The notes: a model not told the origin generated them from the letters alone. A DNA stretch of 64,000 nucleotides from a virus (IMGVR_UViG_3300018080_000001:106100-170099), one strand, 5' to 3'. Shown: positions 30,056-40,355, numbered from the stretch's first letter. Translations and numbers: made by a program.

Positions 30056-31636
30056 CTACTTATTTACTACAAAAGAACCTGCACTATCTGTAACAGAAAG
30101 ACCTGCTGCGGGGTATGCAACAGTAGTTCCAGAAATATCCCAATGTATATCTCCTAAAAGACCACCTAATGTTGTATCTCTTATTTGTACACTACTTATT
30201 ACTCCTATATGCATACCATATTTCGTTATATTAGCTGCTATACCCCCAATATCTGAAAAACGACATTTGCTTCTTATAGCATAAAAAGCACTTTTAACAG
30301 CATCTTGAATAAAAATATTTTGACAATGAAGAGAAGTACTTTTTACATAAATTACATCATCAAAACATCTTCCAAAATAACTTTCTGACAAATCTACGTT
30401 AGAATTATAACTTTCTAACCCTGAAGCTGTACAATGATATACATTTAGATATGATCCATTCAATGCACAAAAGCCTCCTATAACTGAAACATAATCTATC
30501 TCACAAGAACCTCGTGAAACTTCAAATGATCGTTTCCATGAACCAGGGGCCAAATCTGTTTCGGTGAAAATGGTACTTGTTATATAATTTACATATATCA
30601 TATTAGTTACTCTCATATCTGTATTTTTTATTTCATTTGGATATATTAAATTTCCTATATTTATTGTAGCTGTCCCTTCAACTGCATTCCAAACAGAATT
30701 AAATTTTACAGCGTTAAAATAGGAATTATTTTGATTTCCTGAAAATTTAAAACCATAGTAAGTAGATCCATCAATTTTAAAATAAATCCCAGTGACTCCA
30801 AAGCTTAAACCGTAAAAGGAAGGAAAACTTTCATCTCCTCTCGTTTCTACGTGGAAATCAACTCCATGATTTAATTCTAGTTTAACAGGAAGATCAACTA
30901 TTTCAAATGTATCTGTAGGCGCAAGAGGCATAGAAGTTAATCCAAGAGTTATTTTATCTGCATCATTAGATTGAATTGAATAATAACGACCAGAATTAGC
31001 TCCAGAAGTTGGTCTTAAGAAATAACCAACAAATTGATCTGTTGTCCAACTAGCTCCCGCTACATTAATATTATGAGCTACTGTAGTACCATCAGCTACA
31101 ATATTTGTCCAAGAAGTTGTTGTATAAGGGCCATATATAACCGTAGGGTCGCCTTGTCCTTGAATAGTTAACTGACCTCCTTTATGAATCTCATGAGTAA
31201 GATCATAAGGAAATTCAGAATATGTTCCTGCTGCGATTAAAACATTTACTTTATGCTCTATCTTTTTAGGAACTCTTGAAAAAGCATAAGTTATTGTTGC
31301 ATATGGACTATCTGCCGATCCATCTCCTGAATAATTATCTCCAGTAGTAGGATTAACATAAATATCCAAATCTTCTATTGTAGTATCTTTTCCAATAGAT
31401 CCGTCTGATACTACATCCCTGTATTTCAAACTCTCCACATCATCTGCGGATAATTGCTGAGAATCCAAATAACAAGATGCTTTTCCTTCTTCAACATAAT
31501 TGGATATTACAGTTAATAAAATTTCTTCAAACTGTATTTCATTTAATTCTAGACTATAGGAATCACGATGGGATATATTAAATCCAGGAAAAGAAAGAAT
31601 TGAATTTGTATTGTTTGTTATTATAATACTCTTCAT
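30056..31636 (-). CDS. Beta-helix fibre/spike paralog 2
   Basis: IYVNPTTGDNYSGDGSADSPYATI. Confidence 0.7.
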   Translation of the reverse strand: MKSIIITNNTNSILSFPGFNISHRDSYSLELNEIQFEEILLTVISNYVEEGKASCYLDSQQLSADDVESLKYRDVVSDGSIGKDTTIEDLDIYVNPTTGDNYSGDGSADSPYATITYAFSRVPKKIEHKVNVLIAAGTYSEFPYDLTHEIHKGGQLTIQGQGDPTVIYGPYTTTSWTNIVADGTTVAHNINVAGASWTTDQFVGYFLRPTSGANSGRYYSIQSNDADKITLGLTSMPLAPTDTFEIVDLPVKLELNHGVDFHVETRGDESFPSFYGLSFGVTGIYFKIDGSTYYGFKFSGNQNNSYFNAVKFNSVWNAVEGTATINIGNLIYPNEIKNTDMRVTNMIYVNYITSTIFTETDLAPGSWKRSFEVSRGSCEIDYVSVIGGFCALNGSYLNVYHCTASGLESYNSNVDLSESYFGRCFDDVIYVKSTSLHCQNIFIQDAVKSAFYAIRSKCRFSDIGGIAANITKYGMHIGVISSVQIRDTTLGGLLGDIHWDISGTTVAYPAAGLSVTDSAGSFVVNK

Positions 31637-31842
31637 TATTTATAACTCCTTATTTTTTTCTATTTAATTAATCTAATTCTAATTTATCTATGCGCTCTTC
31701 CATTTCTTTTAACGTCTTCTTATCTATTTTTTCGTCTAAAGCCAAACCATAAAAATGTAATCCGTATTTCTGTATAAGAATTTTTTCATTTACTTTCAAA
31801 AATTCTTTCATTTTTTTTGAAATAGCCATAAAAATCTCCTTT

Positions 31843-33402
31843 TTAGTATCCGACTATTTGAGAACCGAGTGTATCGTTTACTTCGGCGTTGGCCGCTGGA
31901 TACGCTGTGTCTATTGCGCCACCGCTTAGCCATTTTATCGCCGTTGCCGCACCTCCAGCACCCACAAGAGTGCATGAGGAATTCTCGATAACCGCCCTGC
32001 TTCCCTGGCCCATCGCAATTGCATTCGTCACGTTAGCCGCAGTACCTTCCAGACCTTTAATCGTGACGCCACAAACACCAGGCCACAATTTAACACCGTA
32101 CTGTGCACTTTCTACAAACACAGCATCAACATTGGCGGAACCTACCATCGGCAATCTAACCGCTTGATTGTTGGTTTTTGCCTCAATATAAATTCCCGCT
32201 ACTCGTACACAACCAACAGACGCGTACGCATCAACACCATAGCCATTAGTCGCGTTAGCAATTGCACAATAACCAACCAGGCAATTCGAATACGCAACAT
32301 CAATACCTTTGTCGAACACAAAAAGTCTTGTAATGTCGCTGCTTCCGTAAACTGTTAGATAATCAGTGCCCGTCCCCTTTTTCATAATACAATTAGTATT
32401 ATAGTTACTAACAAGACCTGAATCATCTACAACATCCGTCGGTGAAGGATAATAGTACAACCCCATATCTGTAGTAGTGTCATGAAATTGTACAGTACCT
32501 GAAATAATAGATCCTGTCATATTAATACAACAATCCTGCACAACCAAGCGTTTACTAGAAAAATCTATATCCAGCCCGAACAATCCGTGGTTAGCAAAAT
32601 AAGTATTGCCTCCACCGCCAATTAAATTTTTAAATTGATCGGAAACAATGGTCACACCAGGCTCTACAACCTTAAAAGTTTCTCCCGCAGAAAGAGCGAT
32701 ATACGTATACTCAATTCTTAAAGAGGTAGTTGTATTCGAAACAATCGCGGCGACTTCACCTACTCTTGCACCACTCGTAAATTTAACATATTTTCCACGA
32801 TAGGCATTAGAAGTCAAACCACCACCAACAACAGGAATATCAGCCACGTTATTAGTCTGTATTACTGTTGGTCCTGCTACATCAATTGTCATTTCAGTGG
32901 ATGCATCGACTAAAGCGAGCGAACCATCAAAAGAGAGGAACCCAGCATCAATAAAAGAATGATCTATATTGGATGGCCATGCACTGTAAGTACCAGCGGC
33001 AATATGAATATGTACAACGTGTTTAATTTTAGTAGGAACATCCGCATATGCTCTGGTAATCGTACTATAAGGAGAACTGGAACTACCATCGCCTAAAACA
33101 TCAGCTCCCGTAGTAGCGTTAACATATATATCCATATCCGCAACAGTTTCATCTTTACCAATAGATCCGTCATTATATACATCTCTGTATTTTAACGTTA
33201 ATATTTCACTGGGAGAAAGCTCTACAGAATCTAAGTAACAAGATAGTTTAACATCAGTAACATAACCATAAATTATATTTAATAATTCCTCATCAAATTG
33301 AATTTCATTTAATTCTATATTGTAAGAACTATATTTTTCTATATAAAAATTAGGAAAGGATAATGTATTGCTAGATTTGTTTGTTAATGTTACAGTTTTC
33401 AT
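31843..33402 (-). CDS. Beta-helix fibre/spike paralog 1
   Basis: IYVNATTGAD..GDGSSSSPYSTI. Confidence 0.7.
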   Translation of the reverse strand: MKTVTLTNKSSNTLSFPNFYIEKYSSYNIELNEIQFDEELLNIIYGYVTDVKLSCYLDSVELSPSEILTLKYRDVYNDGSIGKDETVADMDIYVNATTGADVLGDGSSSSPYSTITRAYADVPTKIKHVVHIHIAAGTYSAWPSNIDHSFIDAGFLSFDGSLALVDASTEMTIDVAGPTVIQTNNVADIPVVGGGLTSNAYRGKYVKFTSGARVGEVAAIVSNTTTSLRIEYTYIALSAGETFKVVEPGVTIVSDQFKNLIGGGGNTYFANHGLFGLDIDFSSKRLVVQDCCINMTGSIISGTVQFHDTTTDMGLYYYPSPTDVVDDSGLVSNYNTNCIMKKGTGTDYLTVYGSSDITRLFVFDKGIDVAYSNCLVGYCAIANATNGYGVDAYASVGCVRVAGIYIEAKTNNQAVRLPMVGSANVDAVFVESAQYGVKLWPGVCGVTIKGLEGTAANVTNAIAMGQGSRAVIENSSCTLVGAGGAATAIKWLSGGAIDTAYPAANAEVNDTLGSQIVGY

Positions 33403-33485
33403 ATAGTATACCCCTTTCTTTTTCCCTTTTTAAGGGAAAGTCTCTAAAAGAGTATACTATTATATTCTGTATAGATATTTTTAAA

Positions 33486-33734
33486 TTATTTTTTTATATG
33501 TTTAGTTTTATATTTATTATTATATTTTTTTAAGGCTTTAAACATTTTTTCATTGCCCGGGGATTCTTTATACAAGTCTCCGCATCTTTTATGTAGAAAA
33601 ATTGTATAGGGCTTATCCCCAGTTTCCGCGCATCCATAGAGTCTCCAGCAAATAGATTTTGGATCTATCGTAAACATACAAGAAGAGCACTTTTTTGGTG
33701 TGCGAGCTTTAATAATTTTAGCAGATATTAACAA
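33486..33734 (-). CDS. Small Cys/His protein
   Basis: KARTPKKCSSC...HKRC. Confidence 0.55.
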   Translation of the reverse strand: MLISAKIIKARTPKKCSSCMFTIDPKSICWRLYGCAETGDKPYTIFLHKRCGDLYKESPGNEKMFKALKKYNNKYKTKHIKK

Positions 33735-34236
33735 AATTAATCCAAAATAAACTTTAGCATAGTTAACGAAGATATATCATTTTCCGATATTAGAGATTCC
33801 TCTACGATAATTCTACAATCCCTAAGCTCCTGTACGGCCCCACAAGCTGTTTTCATTACTTCAGGTACTCTGTCCTCAACATAAGCTTCCATCAGCTCTG
33901 GCGTGTCGCACACTCGTTGACAAGCATTAACAGTATCAAAGTAACCTTGAGCAAACATAGCAGCCCAAACCATTTTTTCTCCATCAGTCATTTTCATTTT
34001 ATACCTCGTTTAATTCTTTTTTCGATATTAAAGATTTAACAACAAGATCTTCTATACTTCCGTCTTCTACGAAGAGAACTCCGTATATATAGTTTTTTGA
34101 ATTATTTATATTTATATGATATAAATCTACCAATTCCTTTTTTAAAATCTCTTTAGTGCCATAAGACGCTAATATAATTATATTAGTACTACTTATATTT
34201 TGCTGCTGAATTTCTTCTATAGCTTCTCTAATTTTT

Positions 34237-34491
34237 TTATAAATCATTTTCTGTTTTAGCGCAGTCAAAAGTTCTTTCTACATTTTCCTTAACCCAGAAT
34301 AGAGCATCACAATGCTCACAATAAACTTCTTGTGGTCCGTCTTCTCCCCAATAAGTTACCAAGTTATTTAATTCAAAATCAGAATAATGATTATGCGGAT
34401 CATAATTTAATTTATTGCAATGTGGACAGCGAATACTTTGGTCTTCCCTGCGTTTTTTTCCTATATCATCCAAATATTTGTCAATATCCAT
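34237..34491 (-). CDS. Zinc-ribbon protein
   Basis: CPHC...CEHC; start probably MDIDKY. Confidence 0.55.
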   Translation of the reverse strand: MDIDKYLDDIGKKRREDQSIRCPHCNKLNYDPHNHYSDFELNNLVTYWGEDGPQEVYCEHCDALFWVKENVERTFDCAKTENDL

Positions 34492-34492
34492 A

Positions 34493-34870
34493 TTATTCTC
34501 CAAACAATCTGTAGTACTCTTTTTTATATGTTCCATATACCAAATCATATATAGAATCTTCAACATCTTCAGCTTCATCCCATCTAGCATATAGAGATTC
34601 GGTTAAATCACATTGTTTATCTAATATAGTAATAGGACAAAATGTACCTAGTCTATTACAACTAGGGGAGTACAAACCACATAAACCGCAACTACTCCCA
34701 AATCCACGTTTAGTATCTCTTAACACATGCCATTTTGCTGCGGACAACAACGAAGCTATTAATAACTTATAAGTATCTGGTACTTTGTCTAAAAAATCTT
34801 GGACTTGACCAAGATTTTTTAAATTTTCAGCAATAGCAATCCAAGCTCTCCAACTATTCGTATTCTTCAT
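34493..34870 (-). CDS. Cys-rich hypothetical protein
   Basis: CGLC...C...CP. Confidence 0.55.
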   Translation of the reverse strand: MKNTNSWRAWIAIAENLKNLGQVQDFLDKVPDTYKLLIASLLSAAKWHVLRDTKRGFGSSCGLCGLYSPSCNRLGTFCPITILDKQCDLTESLYARWDEAEDVEDSIYDLVYGTYKKEYYRLFGE

Positions 34871-35127
34871 CTCTCCCTCTATATATCAGTTTTTAATTCT
34901 TCTATTTCTAGCACATCCGATAAATCAGAAAAATTTTCTATATCAGGATCATAAATACAAAGAAAACCACCTATATAACAACACAGCATTTCTATTTCTT
35001 CAGATAAATTACTATTTCCGGCATTATACTTTTGAATCAGAGAATTTAATTCTCTGACCATACCTCTGCGCATATTATCAAAATTAATTTTCATCATATC
35101 CTCACCCTATACGTGTTAAATAAAATA

Positions 35128-35318
35128 TGGTGCTGGCTGGTCCTGCTCCAGCTAAATAAAATGTGTCCTCCTAGTGCGGTGTTCTCCTACCACCACACAG
35201 GGCCAAGAGACGGGCCGCTGAGGAGAAGTCAAGCGGCGTTTGAGGTCTAGTAAACCTCACGATCTCAGACCGTTTCTAGGACGCTTAGCAGTGTATCTAA
35301 GCTCCACATCGCAGCACC
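35128..35318 (-). ncRNA. 191-nt structured RNA with tRNA-like acceptor and T arms
   Basis: GGTGCTG/CAGCACC-A 7-bp stem, GCTGG-AGCAGGA-CCAGC arm, nested helices whose G-U pairs favour the minus strand. Confidence 0.65.
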
Positions 35319-35320
35319 CG

Positions 35321-35403
35321 TGCGAGAAGTGGGATTCGAACCCACAAGGGATTTCTCCCGTTGGATTTTAAGTCCAATCCGTAGACCGTTCCGGCATTCT
35401 CGC
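35321..35403 (-). tRNA. tRNA-Leu(TAA)
   Basis: GCGAGAA acceptor, TTGGA-CT-TAA-AA-TCCAA anticodon arm, long variable arm, GTGGG-TTCGAAT-CCCAC; CCA not encoded. Confidence 0.92.
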
Positions 35404-35417
35404 CTTATTGCACAAAT

Positions 35418-36113
35418 TTATTTTAAAATACTTTTCCATCCAACAATTGGCATTCTTTTATCAATAGAAACTTTATTATTATAAAATAAAAAAATTTTAC
35501 CAATTTTATTTGGTAAACCTCGCAAATCATTTATTTTATTATTATGGCAGTATAAACTTCCATGAATTTCTTCGTCAAAAAAATTAAGTTTCTCTATTTT
35601 ATTATTATTACAATATATACTCCATCCGATATATGTAGGTCTTCCATTAAGTGACGTCAAATTATTATAAGAACAATCCAAACATCCCGACAAATATGAA
35701 GTAATGCCTTTTAATGACTCTAAATTGTTATTAGAACAGAAAAAACTAACTCCAACACGTTTCGGACTATTTTTTAAAGAAACCAAATTATTGTTAGAAC
35801 AATTAAAACTAGTACCTACTGTTTCTGGTGAATATCGTAATGATTGGATGTTATTAAAATTACATTTAAAACTACCGCCCACGTATATAGGAGATCCATA
35901 CAAACTGATTAATTTGTTCCGAGAACAATCAAAATCACCTTCTACGCGATAAAATAGAGGAAGATTTGAAAAATTAAAGTTTTTTAAATTAACAGAACCT
36001 TTAATTATCCAACCTTTTTCCGACCAAATTACTTCATTATTTTTAAGCAAACCCTCAAAAAACTTTATTACTTTTTCCTCATTAGGAGATTTCCCGTATT
36101 TATTTAAATTCAT
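35418..36113 (-). CDS. Leucine-rich repeat protein
   Basis: 22-aa repeats FxCxxNxLxSLxGxPxxVG. Confidence 0.85.
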   Translation of the reverse strand: MNLNKYGKSPNEEKVIKFFEGLLKNNEVIWSEKGWIIKGSVNLKNFNFSNLPLFYRVEGDFDCSRNKLISLYGSPIYVGGSFKCNFNNIQSLRYSPETVGTSFNCSNNNLVSLKNSPKRVGVSFFCSNNNLESLKGITSYLSGCLDCSYNNLTSLNGRPTYIGWSIYCNNNKIEKLNFFDEEIHGSLYCHNNKINDLRGLPNKIGKIFLFYNNKVSIDKRMPIVGWKSILK

Positions 36114-36145
36114 CGTATAACCCTTTTTTACAATATCTAAATTTC

Positions 36146-36718
36146 TTATTTTATCTCAATATAAAAAGCTACAATATCATCCGGCAATTTTCTCAGATCA
36201 ATACCGTAGGCTCCTGACTCATATTTTACAAGGCATTCATTCGAAATTAGCACTTCTTGCTTTACTTCCGGTATTGATTCAGGGTCTCTACCCACAAAAA
36301 ACTCTTTCACTGCCCAAGGAACATCTACATCCGCTTCCTTACAAGCCTTGTGCACAGCTCGCATTTTTTCCCATTCTTCGTCTGTTTTTCTGTAAGCAAC
36401 TATAGAAATATTACTTTTCTTCTTTTCTTTATCAATTTCACGAAGTTCAGATTTCATCGCAACACGCAACTGAAGATCCGTAGACATATCAATCTTAACA
36501 TTTTTGTAGTATCTATTGACCATGTGTATGAACTTATCCGTTTTCATTACCTTTCTAGTATCATCTTTGTATTTAATTATTACATGGTCTTTATTAGATT
36601 TGTTAGAATAAGGACCCCATACTTTATGAATAGGTCTTAGATTTACAGTTTTCTTTGCAAATTTCTTCTTTGACACTTTCTTTTTCATGATTTTCTTTTT
36701 CATTATTTTCTTTTTCAT
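36146..36718 (-). CDS. Hypothetical protein, Lys-rich N-terminus
   Basis: ORF track. Confidence 0.55.
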   Translation of the reverse strand: MKKKIMKKKIMKKKVSKKKFAKKTVNLRPIHKVWGPYSNKSNKDHVIIKYKDDTRKVMKTDKFIHMVNRYYKNVKIDMSTDLQLRVAMKSELREIDKEKKKSNISIVAYRKTDEEWEKMRAVHKACKEADVDVPWAVKEFFVGRDPESIPEVKQEVLISNECLVKYESGAYGIDLRKLPDDIVAFYIEIK

Positions 36719-36755
36719 TACTAAATTCTCCTTTTAAATTTATATACAAATTACT

Positions 36756-37202
36756 TTAAGAAAAAATACTATCTAAACGTATTTCAAAATTTATAGGTTT
36801 AATTTTATTTCCAATTAATGTTACTACGTTTGGAGGAAGATAAATTTCCAAATTAGAAGAAAAAGTATCCTTTTCTCCATAAAAATCACTACAATGTTTA
36901 ATAGCTTTAAAAGTATCCCATATTTCGCGGTGTTTATTTTCTGGATCTGCATAATATACGGATAGCAAATATTCATAGGGTTCAAAATACAAATCCAAAA
37001 TTAAATTATTTAATTCAACGGACAAAGATTCAAAATCAGAATATGGTGCAGAAATATTAAAATTAATACAATCTTCTGACATTTCTACAAAAACTTCTTC
37101 AAAAGAAAACTTTCGTTTAACGGCCGTACAAACTAATTCATCAAATTTATATGGCCATTTAAAACCGTTTATTCCAGTAAACCCTATAATATTCTTTGTC
37201 AT
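36756..37202 (-). CDS. Hypothetical protein
   Basis: ORF track. Confidence 0.55.
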   Translation of the reverse strand: MTKNIIGFTGINGFKWPYKFDELVCTAVKRKFSFEEVFVEMSEDCINFNISAPYSDFESLSVELNNLILDLYFEPYEYLLSVYYADPENKHREIWDTFKAIKHCSDFYGEKDTFSSNLEIYLPPNVVTLIGNKIKPINFEIRLDSIFS

Positions 37203-37534
37203 ATATTATTTCCTTTCACTTCTTTCGGAGATCCTCCGAGAGAATCTAACTGGTTATAAGAACAATCAAAATAAGAATTTATATTTTCTGGCGCTCCTTC
37301 AAGAAATACAAGTTGATTATGATCACATCTATAACTTCCGCCTACTTTTTTTGGACCATTTTCTAACAATTACAATTTGTTTATATGACAATAAAAATTA
37401 CCCCCAACTTCTTTAAGTTTAGGAAGATCTGTTAAACCCATATCTATCAAATATAAATTTTCCTTAATCACCCAACCTTCTTTTGTCCAAATAGCATTTG
37501 CTTTCTCTAATGCTTTTTCAATATTTTTATTCAT
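37199..37534 (-). pseudogene. LRR paralog interrupted by an in-frame TAA
   Basis: Read manually: ...WTKEGWVIK...VGGNFYCHINKL*LLENGPKKVGGSYRCDHNQL...; stop at 37370-37372. Confidence 0.75.
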
Positions 37535-37786
37535 TTTAAAAATCCTTTCATCTTTTCATTGCTTCAAGTGCTTTTTTAGCAATACATACATTACATAATA
37601 AACCGTCCTTTCTATCTTCACAGTACACCATACATTTGGAACTTGCTATTTTGCGCAAAGCATCTGTAGCCATTTTCATGTTTGTAGTTTCTTCTAATTC
37701 TTTTTCTTCACGTATTGCACAACAATCAACACAACAACAACTTGTTTTATCGTGTTTAGACATTTACTACCTCATAATTTCACAGC

Positions 37787-38311
37787 CTAAAAGCTTCTTT
37801 CATTCAATTCTTTGGCCAACGCTTCTCTAGCTCGGGCCAAATCCTTTTCCGTGTGAATACTTCCACCGGTATTCATATCCAAATACCACTGAATAACATC
37901 TGATCTCTTCTCCAAATCATTTACATGGAAACTAAAACGAGCAGTTAGGATATCTAAGCTGCCTGTAAAATCTTTGTATAAACAATCAAAAGCCGGAACT
38001 TCATTATGTAAAAACCCTAAAGCCGCTGATAATCTTTGTTTACCATCCACAATTTCGATAGGAGTATCAAAACCTTTAAACCAAGAAGAACAGTTCCAAA
38101 ATATTTCTCTTCCTGACATGCCATTTTTTAATATATACTCTACATAAGCACTTTTCTGTTCTGTTGTCCAAACATAGTTCCGCTGATAATCAGGATCTAT
38201 GTCCAACCCAAGCTCTTCAGCTTGGTCCTTTAACCAGGTTTCTAAATGAACCCATGACATATCAATACGATATTTACTGCGCGTAAATGATCTAATTTCT
38301 TGAAAATTCAT
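37787..38311 (-). CDS. DUF262 (ParB/sulfiredoxin-like, GmrS-type) protein
   Basis: PDYQRNYVW, IVDGKQRL, MNTGG. Confidence 0.8.
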   Translation of the reverse strand: MNFQEIRSFTRSKYRIDMSWVHLETWLKDQAEELGLDIDPDYQRNYVWTTEQKSAYVEYILKNGMSGREIFWNCSSWFKGFDTPIEIVDGKQRLSAALGFLHNEVPAFDCLYKDFTGSLDILTARFSFHVNDLEKRSDVIQWYLDMNTGGSIHTEKDLARAREALAKELNERSF

Positions 38312-38368
38312 AATATAATCGCCTAATCTTAAAATTCTTTCATTTTTTTTGGTTACAATCTAATTTTT

Positions 38369-38845
38369 TCACAATATACATATATGACATGCGCTGGAAT
38401 CTTGGTTACAACATAATTTTTTCACAACATCCATATCTGACATGCGCTGAAACCAAGGAAGACCATATTCTTTCACTGCATCACGTTGTTCCACTGCTAT
38501 ATGAGAATCAACAGCTCCTTTAATTTTCCACCAAAGATCACAAGGAACTGGCAATAAAAGTCCAATACGGGTTCTTACCGTGCAATCGTATTCTTTCGGA
38601 AGTCCTTTAAATTTAGGGGTATCTAAAAACTCACTGGTCCCAGGATAATATACTCCCAGATTTATAGTGATACGACCTTCGTCTCCTTCATTCCATCTAC
38701 TAGATTGAACATTTACTACTTCTATTCGTTCCTCGAATTCTCGATAAAAAGTTCTAGCCTTCTTCTTGAACCCTTGTTCCTTAAGAAAAGGGACGAGTCC
38801 TTCTCGTATAGTCTCATCAATTATTTTTGAAATAGTGCCCATCAC
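38369..38845 (-). CDS. DUF4304-like protein
   Basis: PFLKEQGFKKKARTFYR...VNVQSSRWN...TINLGV. Confidence 0.6.
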   Translation of the reverse strand: MMGTISKIIDETIREGLVPFLKEQGFKKKARTFYREFEERIEVVNVQSSRWNEGDEGRITINLGVYYPGTSEFLDTPKFKGLPKEYDCTVRTRIGLLLPVPCDLWWKIKGAVDSHIAVEQRDAVKEYGLPWFQRMSDMDVVKKLCCNQDSSACHICIL

Positions 38846-39294
38846 AATACCTTTCTTTCTCCATTTCTTTAATTAACGCAATTCATTTTTCTAATTTCTT
38901 GAAAATTCATTAGTACACCTCATTGATACAAAAAATAAATTACAATGGCTCCAGTACACAATGCTGCAATAATTTTAAGTAGTAAAGGGTATTCAAGTCT
39001 CGGACGAATGAGTTTAATAAAAAATTCTGGAAATACAAATCCCACAAAACCCATACAACCTAGAACAAAAATTATTTCCACGAATGTCATTGTTATTCTA
39101 CTCCTTTTATATGACCTTGTTCCTGAAATTTCGGACCACATATACTAACACCTGCCATGACTTTTATTTTGTGGGCTTTACAATAACACCACGAACTGTG
39201 CAGATCATATTCGCATTCGGGACAGTCCGTACCTCCACAATAAGGCTTACTATCATTTTGTTTATAAAAAGGTTTTATTTTAGAACACATTTTA

Positions 39295-39651
39295 TTACTC
39301 TTCACCATGTTCAATAGGATTCAACCAATCCAAAATAAACTCTGCTGCTTTATATACATCTTCTTCATTAAATGAAATTTTTTTCTTATATGTTTCTTCA
39401 TCAATACCATCCATACAAGAATTTTCCATTTTATAAACTACAATACCATCTGCATTTTTACAATTCGAGAAATAAGCTACGCGACCTTTAGCGCATGGTT
39501 GGACACTAGAAGAATAGAGTTGTACGCAGAATCCGTTTTCTCTCCCATTGTGATAAGTAACAACACAACCATTCAATGCGTAGTCGTTAAACTTCATTTC
39601 CAAAATACACAGAACAGCTTCTGCTTGCTTCCAAGTTCTGATGAGACCCAT
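39295..39651 (-). CDS. Hypothetical protein
   Basis: ORF track. Confidence 0.55.
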   Translation of the reverse strand: MGLIRTWKQAEAVLCILEMKFNDYALNGCVVTYHNGRENGFCVQLYSSSVQPCAKGRVAYFSNCKNADGIVVYKMENSCMDGIDEETYKKKISFNEEDVYKAAEFILDWLNPIEHGEE

Positions 39652-39675
39652 GATATTACCCCTTTCTGTTCATAT

Positions 39676-40001
39676 AAAACTAAACACTACATGGTGGATG
39701 ACATCGCTGTACCTTCCCAGGCGCTTTGGTGTGACCCGTTGTCGGCTACACTGGCTTTTCCACCTTTCGGTTTCGTCCTCCTAGAACTTAACGTTCATCA
39801 TCGGAGTAACACCATACCGCTTCCGAGTCCTGTAAATCTTGCCCTTTTGGATACCTTACTGGACTTATTAGCTTACGCTTTGGCCAACCCTACTCAATTC
39901 GGGATGCTCGGTATCGAAGGCTCAACAGTCATCGCGTCCACTTTCCCACGTTTTCGGCAGACGTTCTTCAGCCTGTCATCCACCATGTAGTATTTAGTTT
40001 T
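39676..40001 (-). ncRNA. About 326-nt GC-rich RNA closed by a 28-bp stem
   Basis: IR 39676-39703 / 39974-40001 (27/28 match); boxA-like sequence and promoter upstream. Confidence 0.65.
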
Positions 40002-40009
40002 CAAAGAAC
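39997..40009 (-). promoter_or_regulatory. boxA-like antitermination signal GTTCTTTGAAAAC
   Basis: Matches the rRNA-leader boxA form. Confidence 0.6.
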
Positions 40010-40027
40010 TTTATTAATTTCTAATAT

Positions 40028-40057
40028 ATAATATAGTCTTTAAAACTTATCTGTCAA
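40028..40057 (-). promoter_or_regulatory. sigma70-type promoter for the ncRNA
   Basis: TTGACA-16-TATATT (or 18-TATTAT). Confidence 0.7.
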
Positions 40058-40071
40058 TATATCTAACTAAA

Positions 40072-40329
40072 TTATTCTTCTTTTTCTTCTAGATAAAACC
40101 ATCTGGCAACAAAACAAGAATACAATTCCAAATAGGGACTTTTAAGACAGTACAAAATTCTAGTAACTTCTTCCCATTCGTCAACACCAAGAAAATCTAC
40201 TAAGCCAACTTGAGCTTCAAGTTTTATTAGTTCATCAATAGTAGATACCTCGACTATCATTTCTCTAATAATAATTAAGTCCTCGTTAAATTCAGTTGGA
40301 GTTTTCTCTGCATCGATTAACTTGATCAT
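40072..40329 (-). CDS. Hypothetical early protein
   Basis: Own promoter and GGAGGG RBS. Confidence 0.6.
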   Translation of the reverse strand: MIKLIDAEKTPTEFNEDLIIIREMIVEVSTIDELIKLEAQVGLVDFLGVDEWEEVTRILYCLKSPYLELYSCFVARWFYLEEKEE

Positions 40330-40355
40330 TGATATTTCCCTCCGTGCTTAAGGAA

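Noticed and set aside
35128-35318. tmRNA
   Set aside because: Too short, no G3-U70 pair, non-canonical T loop, no tag reading frame
36146-36718. HNH homing endonuclease
   Set aside because: The N-terminal KVWGPY motif is suggestive but no HNH catalytic motif follows
39499-39990. 163-aa plus-strand ORF
   Set aside because: No RBS, antisense to the promoter and boxA, overlaps a minus-strand gene; better explained as GC-rich RNA sequence
39676-40001. MITE or IS remnant
   Set aside because: Single copy in the window, no clear target-site duplication, and the stem overlaps boxA just downstream of a promoter; not fully excluded
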